Part shown: in pieces, positions 14,750-27,050 of the stretch
Layout of the letters: every line of letters starts with the position of its first letter
Numbering within the stretch: position 1 is the first letter of the stretch
Assembly: GCF_009914755.1 (NCBI RefSeq)
Contig: NC_060928.1
Source of the DNA: the human T2T-CHM13v2.0 reference genome, Homo sapiens
Direction: 5' to 3' (one strand)
Length of the DNA: 64,000 nt
Notes under the pieces: model-generated
What the model saw: the letters and a program-made list of their open reading frames with translations, nothing else
What the model was told of the DNA's origin: nothing
Database searches by the model: none
Position numbers and translations under genes: made by a program

Positions 14750-15455
14750 ACTCCTACATCATTTTCTCCTTATTCATCTATTCATCAGTTCTGTTTATTC
14801 TATCAAATATCTTTCAGTCTCATTCACTTTTCTCTATATTCATTGTTTTTGCCTTAGTCTAGTTCATCATGATCAGTAACTTTACTTTTTACAAGAGCCT
14901 CTTCACAGGTTTGCCAGTTTAGCACTAATGCTGCCAGGACAATCGTTCTGAAATGCAAATCTGATATGGTCCCTATCAGAAATTAGTTGTCCTTGCCTTC
15001 TGGAAACAATCAACATTTCTTTAAATGTCTTACAATGTACTGAGCTTATTTTTCTTTTCAGTGTCTTCCCCTAACACCCACCTCTTATGCTCTTACGTTG
15101 CAGCCACATTAAAGTTCCAGAATTGTGGATATTCCATTCCTTCTTCTTGAGATATACTACCCTAGACCCTCATTTTATTTCCAAGGCTTAACTAATACCT
15201 ACTGATTCTTAAGGATCCAACTTAGATATCATTTTCTTCAAAAAACCTGTTTGACTCATCCCAGTCCAGGTTATGCAACTTCATACTCCCTCTTTTACAT
15301 ATCTTGTTATACCTTAATAAAATTTTTGGTTAACCTGTTTGTATCTCCCACCAGGCAATAATTTCTATGATAATAAGTACCCAGAACCCACAAGGACTGT
15401 CATATGTTCATCATTTATAAGTACTAATTGAATATATAAATGAATTAATGAATAT
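14750..15455 (+). mobile_element. L2 3' fragment
   Basis: ctgaaatgcaaatctgatatggtccc core and terminal aaatgaattaatgaat. Confidence 0.65.
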
Positions 15456-16245
15456 GTAATGAGACGCTTGCTTTGTTGGAAGATATTAGAAATAGAAATG
15501 CACTCCCAAAATGATGGGAATCAATTGGAATCAACTCTGTTGTTGGACATTAATTTTTTTCTTTTGTGGTTTTCTATATGACATTGCTTTGACCTTACTG
15601 GTATATATGAGTATGTCACTTTACAAAGAGGATTTTAAATGTCAGCCAACTCTGACTTCTTAGAATTATGTTATCTGAAAAAAAAACAGTAGGAAAATAC
15701 GACAGGTGGATATGTGTTGGGGATTAAAGTACACTGGGGACTGAAATGAACCTACCAATCTCATTAGCTGTCTTCTGACCTGCTGAATTCTACCTAGGTC
15801 CCCTAGGTGAAAGGCTAATAATTAACTCAATTTGCTATCTGTGCTGGGGAAAGCTCCAAAGGTTAAGATTATGAAGGACTGATGAGGGCAATCTTTTATA
15901 CTGTTTAAATTGCTGTTTAAATTTGAATTAGATTCTAATGGTGACAGTTTGAAACTGACACAGTTTAATTCATTGACCACATTTGAAAACCTGCCTACCT
16001 GAACTAGCTTTAAAGTATGTCTTAAATAAGCAGTCAGCCAGTGCACTTACATGTCCATTTTTACTATTTACTTGAAATTGGAATATGAACAGCAGTTGCT
16101 ACTCGTGTCAACTTTTGTGTTCACTTTCTATTGTTTTACTTTCTCTACTGTGGGTTCCCTCACCTGCCATGATATGCAGTCTTTTATAAATAGTGTAATT
16201 CATACTCCCCAGGACACAGCATTCGGGGGTGAAGGGGAATTAGGT

Positions 16246-16314
16246 AATAATAATAACAATAACATTTATATAGTGTTAGGATTTGCCTGCTTTTTTATGT
16301 ACATCTTGATAGAT

Positions 16315-16362
<48 letters not shown>

Positions 16363-16515
16363 CATAGATACACAGGAGTCAACTGTATATGTTTATTTAA
16401 TCCTTCCAACAATTCTTCCAGGTAGCTATTATTATCTCACATTTTAAAGATGAGTCAACTGAAGCCCAAGAACAATATTTTCCAACGTTATATAGTTAAT
16501 GAATGATAAAACTGC
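16246..16515 (-). mobile_element. MIR interrupted by a GATA repeat
   Basis: MIR core tttaatccttccaacaa..attattatctcacattttaaagatgag..actgaagccca. Confidence 0.7.
16308..16370. repeat. (GATA)n tetranucleotide STR
   Basis: GATA GAT (GATA)12 CATA GATA read directly. Confidence 0.97.
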
Positions 16516-18100
16516 CTTTCTAAATTAGTAACAGAAATATTTGCCTAAATTCACCCATATTGGCTCCATTGAAACTCTAGCACCCCGCAAATTCCTCTCA
16601 TTCTGTAAATTCTGAATGAATTTGGTGTTTTGCCCACAGGCTTGTGCTTGGTTACTGTTTGGCAGCTGCCATTCCTCTTCTTACCTACTCTGCTCTCTGG
16701 TGTTGCCCGTTGCTCAGCCACCCCTGTTCCCTGAAAGCAGGAGGTATGCAGGTGCCTGCCCGCTTCCTCATATCAGCTTCCACCAGTGCCTGCCAAACAC
16801 TGCCCTGAGCCTGTCATAGGCATCAGCACTAGGCCAAGGGCTGCATGCAACGAGATTGTCTGCTGCCGCCAGAAGGTACTCATATTGATGGCGCTGTTGC
16901 TTTTCACCTCAGTTCTTCAGGTTTTCACTCAAGATTATTTTACAGGTCATGATATTTGGGTTTAGCAAGAGTATCAAAAAGTAGGAATTAAGTATGTAAA
17001 AGATAAAATGATCTATTTAGTATTAGCACCCCATTTATTTTACTAATGCTCAATTCTCTTCTTGGGATTAGTTTAATTTCATAAATGTTGTCCGCACAAA
17101 AACTTAAGACCCAAAGGGGTAGTTCCTTAACCAATGTTACAAATGTGCAGAATTGGAACATACTTAGGTTTAAGTGCAGGCACTTGCAACAGAAGTTGCT
17201 TATTATTTTCATGATTAATGCTATTATCTTTCAGGCATTCTGAAAAAAAAAGAAAGACTAGAAGGTTAGACCACCTCATTTAATTGAGAATGTTAAATTT
17301 CTGGATGCCAGATCACCAGGCAGAATTTCTGCTTTAGGAGGAGTAGGGCTGTTGCACCTGTGACCAGGAGCAGTCTTTCTCTACTGTGGAAGTTAAGAGC
17401 CCTCTTTCTTTACTGTAGCCAATGCTGCTTCTTTTCTGGCAAAATAAGGATGGAGAAGAAGAATCAATTTTTTTTTCCTCTTTGGGCCACAGACTAAATC
17501 AATGTAAATTCTCTGTGCTTCAAGTGGGCCTATATACTTACGAAAGGCAGGTGCTAGCTAGGAGAGGTGTTTATATTAGCAATACAAATATGTAATAAAA
17601 TTAATATATATATGGGGCTTTAGGGCAAGATTGGTGGGAGGATTGAAGAACTAATAGACATATCTGATCACAATTATTGAACAATTTATGAATTCAACAT
17701 GGTTTTAAGGGATGAAGGAATTGGAACGTAGACCATTCTGTGTCTGCAGTAAAGTAAAACTACAGAGTGTACAAAAGGGTAATATCTAATATAGATATCA
17801 AAAAGATAGTGTAAATAACAGAACCTAAGAGACTGCTTTGAATAAACGGGGGATGGGCGGAGGAAAGTAGAAGGAGAATAACTTTTCCCACTGTTACAAA
17901 GTAGCTGCCATTAGTACTGATGACAACTTTGGATATAATCCTTTTTTTGAATTTTTTTTCCTGTTTGAATTCTAAAGCCTGTTAAAAACTAACCTTAACA
18001 ACAAAGAGGAAGAACATTTTCAATAGTCTTTTATTTGATGTAAATTGGTTATGGAATTTATAATCTGTAAAAGGTTAATTTATATTTTATTAATAACGTG

Positions 18101-18692
18101 CAGCTGGTCCTTGAATAATGTCATTTTCTTCTATATCTTTTCATTATAACATTGATGAGAAAAAACAATTGATTCCTAGCAGAGCATTGTCTGTGTTAAG
18201 TTTGATTGTTCCATTCCTGTCTGCCTAGGTTTTCTCTGGGAACTCCTGTTTCCTTCCACATTCCAGAGATGTGCATGTTAGGTGAACTGGTGCGTCCAAG
18301 TGTGGGTATGTGTGTGAGTGTGCTCTGCAATGGGATGGCTTCCCATCTAGAGCTGGTTCCCAGCTTGTACCCTCAGCTGCAGTGATGGCCTCTGGTTACC
18401 TGTGGCCCTGAACTGGAAAAATTAGGTAATTATCTTATTTTGTAAAATTAACCTTGCTTAAATGTAGGTATAGCTCACATTTATTTCAACATTCAATATT
18501 AGAAGCGTTCTAGTCTTTATTGATAAGTTTGGTGATGTTTTCGTGACAAGAAATATGCTGTAGGAACTAAACTCTTGTTTATATCAATTAGTCTATACCA
18601 GTAAACTAGTAAAAGTGGTTTCCTTACATTTTGTTTCATTTAAAGTCACAGCTTACAAGAACCTATTGACAATGTTAAGTGAGGAGTTACTG
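18101..18692 (+). mobile_element. MER6A non-autonomous Tigger (TcMar) DNA transposon
   Basis: Terminal cagctggtccttgaataatg and aatgttaagtgaggagttactg followed by TA. The internal sequence follows the recalled MER6A consensus. Confidence 0.88.
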
Positions 18693-18734
18693 TAAGTTTT
18701 GACTTAAAAAAATAGCTTTTTTTCTAGACTGGGA

Positions 18735-19225
18735 CATTTATTCATCACTTATTGAACAAATTTTTACTGAGCAATTACTTTGTGCCAAGCATGGTTTTAG
18801 ACTGAGATAGAGTGGTGATTAGAACAAATACATTCTCAGCTTTCTAGGGCTTACAAAAGGTTATAAATATATAGAACATATTTACACAAAATAAATAAAT
18901 ATATTAATAACTGGTATAATAAGGGCTATGAATAATAACCAGGATGAAGAGGAGAGTGGTGTGTGTGTGTGTGTATTTTATATAAAATTATCACGGAAGG
19001 CAACATTTGTGCAGAATCTTGAAGGAGGTGAGAGATTTAGTATGTGGCTCTCTCTGAAGAGTATTCTAGGCATAGGAAAGAAGTGTAAACATTTCTGGAT
19101 GAGAGCATGCTTGCTACGCTTGAGGACAGCAAGGAGGCCGGTGTGCAGGAACATCATGAATAAAGAGGACGTGAACAGTAAAGTGATGAGCTCAAACTGG
19201 TGGCAGCTGATTCTTTGTGAAAGTT
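18735..19225 (-). mobile_element. L2 3' end
   Basis: cattt..ttgaacaaatttttactgagcaattactttgtgccaagc. Appears to resume near 20150. Confidence 0.7.
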
Positions 19226-19234
19226 TCGATTTCA

Positions 19235-19920
19235 TTTTTTTATTTCGTAGTCAATTTGCAAATGAATATCCCCAGTAGACTACCATTCGGACAAAACTAC
19301 AGAATATGAACAGAAGCCTTGAAGCCTCCCTCATGTCCTCTTCTAAATAACATCTCCCACTCCAAACTCACCATTATTCTGACTTCTATCACCTTGATTA
19401 GCATTCCCTGTTGTCTAACTTTATATAAATGAAATCATACTGTATTCTTTTGAGATTAGCTTCTTTTATTAAAAATAACATTTCTCTGATTCATCCATAT
19501 TGTTGTGTATAGCCCCAATTCATTCTTTTCCATTGCTATATAAAGTGTTCCCTTCTACACATGTAATTTATTTATCCATTCTTCTGTTGATGGACATTTG
19601 GATTATTTACAGTTTCAGCATATTGCAAATATTCTGCTATTGTTAAGTATTTTTGTAAATATCTTTTTGCACACATGCACTTATTTCTCCTGGGTAGACA
19701 CCTATGAATGCAATTGCTAGATTTAATGCACATCCTTTTAACTTTAGTGAAAAATAAACACTTTTCCAAGTGGTTAAACTGACTTATGTTCACATACATA
19801 GTGTTGGAGAACTGCAGGTGGTCCACATCCTTGTCATTACTATAATTGTCAGTTTTTTATTTTAAAGTGTGTATTCACTGGTATTTGATTGTGGCTTGTA
19901 ATTTTATGTCTTCTTTGACT
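19235..19920 (-). mobile_element. Old L1M (L1MD/ME) 3' fragment
   Basis: aactttatataaatgaaatcatac and atccattcttctgttgatggacatttggattatttacagttt motifs. Confidence 0.7.
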
Positions 19921-20205
19921 CATTGCCTGAGCCAAGCAGAAAATGCCTGAAGGGAAATACCAGAAAAAATTAGTAAGGGCTTTCTTTAGCATACTTTCCT
20001 TTTTGTTCAGATATTATCTTTTGTCTTCTGACTGGCTTGATTGCTCTTCTGTGCCTTTAAAATATTGTTCTGTATTTTCTCAATTTTTTCTAATTGTTTT
20101 TGTTGGAATGGTTAGGGTACTACGGTCTCCTTCATTATGACTTATAGTAGAGGTTGGAGGGTTTTGAACAGAGGCCTTATAGTAATTTTACTACATATTT
20201 AAAAC

Positions 20206-21912
20206 TATAACTGGATGTTAAAACAAGATTTCTTGATTTTAAGTGAAGTGGTGATATAATTTACATTAGACTAGCAAAGTATTAATATATGGGAAATGGA
20301 CACTTCATGCAAGTTTTGTGGAATTTCCATAGGAAGAAGAAAAGCCTATTTTATAATTTGTAAACCTCTGGTTATAAAAAGGAAAGAAAGAATAAAGGCC
20401 ACAAAAGAGGATATTGGTGAAATGACCTATTTGGAGGCAGATACATTTTTATGTGGAATCTCCTTGGTGGATGTCTAATGGAGTGCTACCCTATATCTAG
20501 AAGGCTAGCGAGTAGGGCTTCAGAAAGGGACCCTTTGGAGATCTTTCAAGTATTTCCCGTGCATCTGACAGACAGAGAAATAATGGAATTATGCCTGAGA
20601 AAGCTAACACAGAATGTAAATTGGGGAGTGACTCTGCAAATCTAGAGGATCAGAGATGGTATGTTTTAAAGTGGACCCATGAGAGCGATTGAGTTGTGCT
20701 GTAGCCCCAGAATTTATTAGGGTAAGCTTATATGGGTAACACTTATCCAGAGTGGCTCAGTTAAGAGTTTATCAGGTAAGTTTTTCAGGTTGCTGAGTGC
20801 TTTACTGGGACCAGATAGGGACCCTGTGGGAACGAAAGACAATATGGAGTAATCCTGAATCTTATCCAATAATACTGAGTGGAGATACAAGGGACAAACC
20901 AGAAGAATGAGGTTGGAGCCCTATTATTGGATACTAGTAGCTGAGATAGGTCATGGAAAACTACCAGGAATACTGGTAAATCCTGTGGAGGACTGCAGAA
21001 AGGAGCCTGATGCAGGACCCCTTTGTAGTGTTTCTGATAGAATCAGTTTTGATTATCTTCCAAGACAAGTAGGCAGGAAGCCCAGAGGCCAAGTAAGAAG
21101 TTCCCTCTCCTCTGCCTCTTCTTTCCCCTACCTTATTATTAAAGTAAAAAAACAGCCGTCAGAGGGCCAAGAAGTCAGGGAAGAGAGGGAAGAATGACCA
21201 GCATATTCCAATAGCCAGTGTACAGTCTGGAAATTTCAAGCTGGCACAAGGAAAAAAAATCATTATAAAGTCAAATTTATAGTTTTTTTTTTTTTACTAG
21301 ATGGGACTGGATATTATTAAATGGGGAAAAAAGATATTCAAGACTGCATTTATGATAAAAAATGATCTGGAACTATCATTAATATCACAATAGTCATTGT
21401 TTTGCCAGAGTTTTTGTCCAGAGGCAGGGGAAATTTCCTCACATGGAATTTAAGTTTAAAAGTATGATGTGACACAGAAAGTTGTATGTATGTAGTTGTC
21501 CTTTCACACTGCTAATAAAGACATACCCGATACTGGGTAATTTATAAAGGAAAGAGGTTTAATAAACTCACAGTTCTGCATGGCTGGGGAGGCCTCAGGA
21601 AACTTAACAATCATGGCAAAAGGTAGCTCTTCACAGGATGGTAGGAGAGAGAATGAGTCCCCAGCACAGGGGGAAGCCCCTTATGAAACCATCAGATCTT
21701 GTGAGAACTCTCTATCACGAGAACAGGATGGGGAAAACCACCCCCATGATTCACTTATCTCTACCTGTTCCCTCCCATGACATGTGGGGATTATGGGAAC
21801 TACAATTCAAGATGAGATTTGGTTGAGGACACAACCAAACCATATCAATGTATACGTGTGTGTGTGTTTAATAGCTATCCACATGCCATGCCTGTTCAAC
21901 AAACTGGTTATA
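20206..21912 (+). mobile_element. Ancient LTR78-like element interrupted by THE1
   Basis: Ends tataactggatgttaaaacaag and cctgttcaacaaactggttata are imperfect inverted repeats. About 1.3 kb after removing THE1. The family assignment is recalled. Confidence 0.55.
21491..21847 (-). mobile_element. THE1C-like MaLR solo LTR
   Basis: Antisense THE1 consensus ending ccaaaccatatca. Perfect TSD atgta at 21486-21490 and 21848-21852. Confidence 0.92.
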
Positions 21913-22224
21913 AGTTAATCACTCTGACATCCCTGTGCTTCAATTTGAATATTTTCTAGTCACTTGTTTTCTACATTGGTAATCCTCTTTTAAGCATGTT
22001 TTTGTCTGCTATTCAACCCTTAAATTCAATTACTATATTGTTTAGTTTTATAGCTTTTATTTGCATAAACAAAAGATTCTAGTGTCCTGGTAAAATTCAT
22101 CATGTCATTATATTTTTCTCATGTATTAATCATAATTATTTTAAAGTCTATGGCTGTAAGCTCCAACCTATGAACCATTTGAAGACCCATTTATAAGCCT
22201 TTAATTTTAATTTTGTTCTCATTT

Positions 22225-23160
22225 ATTTTTTAAATGAAACTTTTATTTCAGAATAGTTTTAGATTTATAGAAAAGTTACAAAGATGATACCAAAAGTCAT
22301 CATATACCTTTACACCCAGTTTTTTCTATTATTAGCATCTTACATTACCATGGCATATTTGTCACAAAAATTGATCAATATCAATTCACTATTATTAACT
22401 AAAGTACATATTTTGTTCAGATATCCTTAGTTTCTACCTAATGTCATTTTTGTGATCCAGGTTACCATCCAGAATATCACTTTACATTTAGTTCTTATCT
22501 CTTTTTAGGTGCCTTTTGACTGTAACATTTTCTTGCACTTTTCTTGTTTTTAATAACTTTGATAATTTGACATTTGAGGAATGCTGATCAGGTATATTGC
22601 AGGATTTCATTATATTAGACTTTATGTGTTTTTTTATTATTATTAGTCTGGGTTACAGTTTTTTGGAGAAAGAACACATCAGTAAATGCCATCTCGTCAC
22701 ATCATATCAAGGGTATATGCTTGACTTATAACTATCTGCATAGATTACTAGGAACTCTTTTACATAGGAAATTTGCCTATCACTTTCAATTTATTAACTC
22801 AACCATTCATTTTACTCTTTACCTGTTTTCTTGCTCAAATTGTTTCAGATTTGGCCATTGGAGCTCTTTCAGTTGCCTCCTGTGTCCCCTTGTGATGCCC
22901 CATACCCTCCTGCATTCCCTCTCTCCACCCCTGTCCTTTTTATTTTTAGCAATTCCTTAGTTTCTGATGCTGTAATATGTCCCAGGCTCTCTATTTCAGT
23001 CTTAGATTCAGCCATGTCTCTAAGGACTCCTGATTCCTTTCATTGGTTTTCAAAAGCAAAATCTTGGTGCTGGGTGTGTTCATCACTAGTGAATCGTGAT
23101 ATTTTTCGGCTTGCTTAGCAGATAGAGCAAGCAAATATGTTTATATAGTAATCCATATCC
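22225..23160 (-). mobile_element. L1MC-type 3' end
   Basis: aatagttttagatttatagaaaagttacaaagat..cacccagttt..catcttacatt motif. Confidence 0.7.
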
Positions 23161-23169
23161 TATTACTGG

Positions 23170-23945
23170 TAATATTTAGTTTTGATAATTTTTGAAACAT
23201 TGAATATTAAAAACAAAGTATCTGAATGAATTTTTTTCAACAGAGAGGATATTTTAAACATTGATTTATTTGAATTTTCTTAGCTGGTGGCAGGTATATA
23301 GATTAAGAAAATATCATCTTGATTCAGTTAAAGATTGGACAGATTGAATAGTGGATTTAACTCTTCCCGAGGCTTGGTCTAATTTCTTTTTCTTAGAAAT
23401 AGTCTCATTTAAGAATCTAAGGTGTTTGTGGGCCCTCTTCATTGGTGGAATCTGAACCTTGTTCTGCTGGCACTGGAAGACAGCCAAAGTTTACTCAGCT
23501 TCCCGGCTTCTTAGCTGCTGTTTTCTGTTTCATCTGTAGGGCTAGGGAATTGGGCAGTTTCTCAAATGGGGAACCAGCTCAGGGTACATTCACTTCTTTG
23601 GATTCCTGCCACTCCTAGATCTTGTTCCCTCATGTCATGGCAGTTCTGTAGCCCTAAAATCCAATTATTGTTTTTCTAGGCCTGTGAAACTTTCAAAATC
23701 TCTGCTTGGGGCCTTTCACTTCCTTATTTCTTGCTGCTTATAACTGGGGGCAAATGGCTTGACAAAAACGCGGGGTGGGATGTCAGGATCACTTCATTGA
23801 GTTTCCTTGGTATCCATGATCTTGATTGCCCAAGTCCTATCTGAGGTAACTCTCTGACACCTTCAAACACATATATATTTTTGAGTATATTTTATCCACT
23901 GTTTTAGTTGTTCTTGGAGGGCGGTTTGGTCTACCACAAGTTATT
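23170..23945 (-). mobile_element. Degraded L1M-type fragment
   Basis: Resembles ancient L1ME sequence (tattttatccactgttttagttgttctt). Weak match. Confidence 0.4.
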
Positions 23946-26799
23946 CTATGGCAAAGTAAAAATAATCTATAAGAAAATGCATTAATCTCAAATCTCATGA
24001 TTAATAGGTGAACATTAATTTTAGTTATAGAATCTAAATATAGTCTTACTAATTCAATGTTTTTCTTTTATGGATACTCACAATGATATCCTGATGATTA
24101 AGCTGAATATTTTTAAGGTATTTATTTTTGGCTGAGAACTAAGAAGAGTTTATAAGAACTTTTTTAGCTGAGTAAGTAACCATGTTATGTGTTTTTAGTA
24201 ATGTTTAATTGAATATTGAACACTGTTTTGAAAAAAGGCATGGCTTCATATTCCCCAATAGTAAACTAATATTTTTATTAATAAAGCATCTGATATGTCA
24301 CATTATTATCTCTGGGTTGTTGGCTCAAGTAAAGATTAGCCCCACCTTGTATATCAATTCAAGGAAATAAATTCTATATGCTATTTTATTTAAAAAGGTT
24401 AAATGAAATGTCATTCGGTTATTAGAAAATTTCAGTACTTGGTTGATTGTGAATGCTTCAATATAGTAAATAACACTGAACTTTAAGAATGGCAGCATTT
24501 GTGGAATAAAAGTTAAAATTTTGTAAGGGCTCTGAAAAGTTAAGTGATAATGTGATGTTCATGAATATAAGTGATGGTAGCAGTGAGATAACTGTTTTTA
24601 GTTAATTTCTTTTTTCTATTACTTTTTCAAAACTCATGATTGGAATATTTTATATATTATTATACTTACATTTGTTTTATGATTATACATACTTTTATAT
24701 AATTATTTTAAATAATTTGCATTAATATGTTAATTCTTAGATTATATTAGAAGTATTAATAAGAACATTTTAAATATACATATAAATGTGGAGAAAGTTA
24801 ATTTGAGTGATAAATAATAATAATAATGTGTAACACAGTGTGTTAATAAGAGACTAATCAACTTAGTCTCTAATTCTCATGTCTAACTTGTACTGTATCA
24901 AAGAATGGCTTTAGGACTGTCACATTGTAACTTTCAAAAAGAATATGGCCTACAGCAATTTTAATGAAAATTCATTAATTATGACAGTTTCCCATGCTCT
25001 CTAATATGTATTCTTACTTATTCTTTCTAATGGTCTTATTATAGCTACATGTGAAGTCACTCTTATCCACCCAACCTTACACATATGAAAACAGAAGCAA
25101 AGACATGACAAAACAAATGCAAAGACACTATAATATTCTATTTCTCTGCATCCCTGGAGAATCATCTAATATTTTTATGGAATGAACTAAATATACAATT
25201 TTATTTCTGTTCTACTTTTCTTTTTTAACGAACAATAGCAATTTTAAAAGGATTTTATTTAATCACATTTTTTTCATTTGTTGCAAATATAATAATCAAA
25301 TTTCCCCATAACAATATATATTACAATCAGAGTCATGATCAGCATGGAACGCTTATTATTGTCAAACATTCAAATGCTTGGACACTTCTTGCAGTAGTAA
25401 ATAATAGTGTATAAACTGCTAAATTCTAAAAAAGACACAAGATCAAGTTTAAAAAGTGGGCCTAATTAATTGGTATTTATTTATTCATCAGTTTAAAAAT
25501 ACTTTATTTCTCTGGAATCATTTGTTCTGTAGATGCATTTGTAAGTTGTTTGTTTTGTAGATGCATATATAAAAGTTATGTTATATAATCATAGATTCTA
25601 CAAGACATAAGAGATCCTAGAGGTCATCTAATAAGAATCCTCTTATCAAAGATAGTTACAATCCAAGACTTCACTGTTTGTTGACCAGAGAGTTTGTTGA
25701 GAAAGTCATCCTAGATATTTTTATTTTTGTCTAGAACTCTTTTCTGCTATGAAATTACACTTTCAATATGATGAACTTCTTTAACATTCTCTCATTATTA
25801 TACATGCTGCTTTATGGCAGCTGAGCAATCTTTTGGCATATTTACACACAAAATCATGCAACAATCACAGCCCTATCAGTCAAAGCTCATTGGTTTCCTG
25901 TTCCCTAGTAGAGACACAGAGATTTATTCCCCCAAGTTCTCTTTAATTTTTTGCCATGTTGTGGGCCTGTGAGCCCCTTCACAACGTAATGTGCAGTTGA
26001 AAGTCCATTTCTCTGCTCTGTTTAGTGCTCCAATCAGAGGCAGATTTCTGGACATCTGTTTCCCACTTAGTATATATTTTCTGTATTGTGTCTAATATGT
26101 ATGGTTCTATAATTGAAAAATTACTCTCTGTAGCCCAGGTGGTGTTGTACAGAATAATTTCTTCAGTATTGATTTAAGCAGTTGATGGTTGCATTGGAGA
26201 AGGAAAGTCATTCAATTGTACCAAAGAGCTTTCAGTAAAAAACAATTTGTTAAGCCTGTACTAAATGGCATCTTCAAAAGATATCTTCAGTAATAATCTT
26301 AAATTTAACTCTAAGATTTTCTCTGCATTATAGCATTGTGTTTTCTTTTATAGTGAAGACATTTTTAAAGAAAACAACAACAACAAAAAGATTTTGCCAT
26401 GGGTGATTGCTAAGCATTAAATTCACTAATTTTTTTTTCTACAAACAAATTGCTCAGCTGGCATGTGATTGGGGGATATAATAGTAGTCAGCTTTCTTAG
26501 AAAAACAGCACAGCAGTCTGCTCTTCAGTTTCTATTTTGGGGAAAGTGTAGAATACTCATTTGCTATAGTTTTCTTATTTTAAAAAAACCCTTTATATTC
26601 TGGAATTCTGCTTCAGTTTTCTAATTTGAAACTATTCACACCAAATGGTTTCATGCTATTGTTTCAGCCATTTCTGTGGTTTCTATGTTAACCAAAAAGC
26701 TGGAATTTGTATATTTGCCAAATTTGCATCACTATTTACACATGGCAAAAAGTTCATTGCCTCCTGTTGGTTATTACCTTGACTGACATTACATGAGTG

Positions 26800-27050
26800 G
26801 TCTCTTCTCCCCACACCCAGGTCCCCACTTCTCCATGGTCTTTAACTTCTCCTGGTTTTTCTTTTCTCCATTGCACTTGTCATATTTTAACCTAGTTTTA
26901 TTAAATCTTTATGATTATTGTTTATTATCTGTCTTTCTTACTGAAATGTAAGCTATATGAACAATGAATTCTTGTATATTTAATTCAGTCATATATCCCA
27001 AGTGTCTAAACAGTGTCTGGCACTTCATAAGTATTGTTGAACGAATGAAT
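26800..27050 (+). mobile_element. L2a 3' end
   Basis: aatgtaagctatatga..aacagtgtctggcac..tattgttgaacgaatgaat. Confidence 0.75.
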
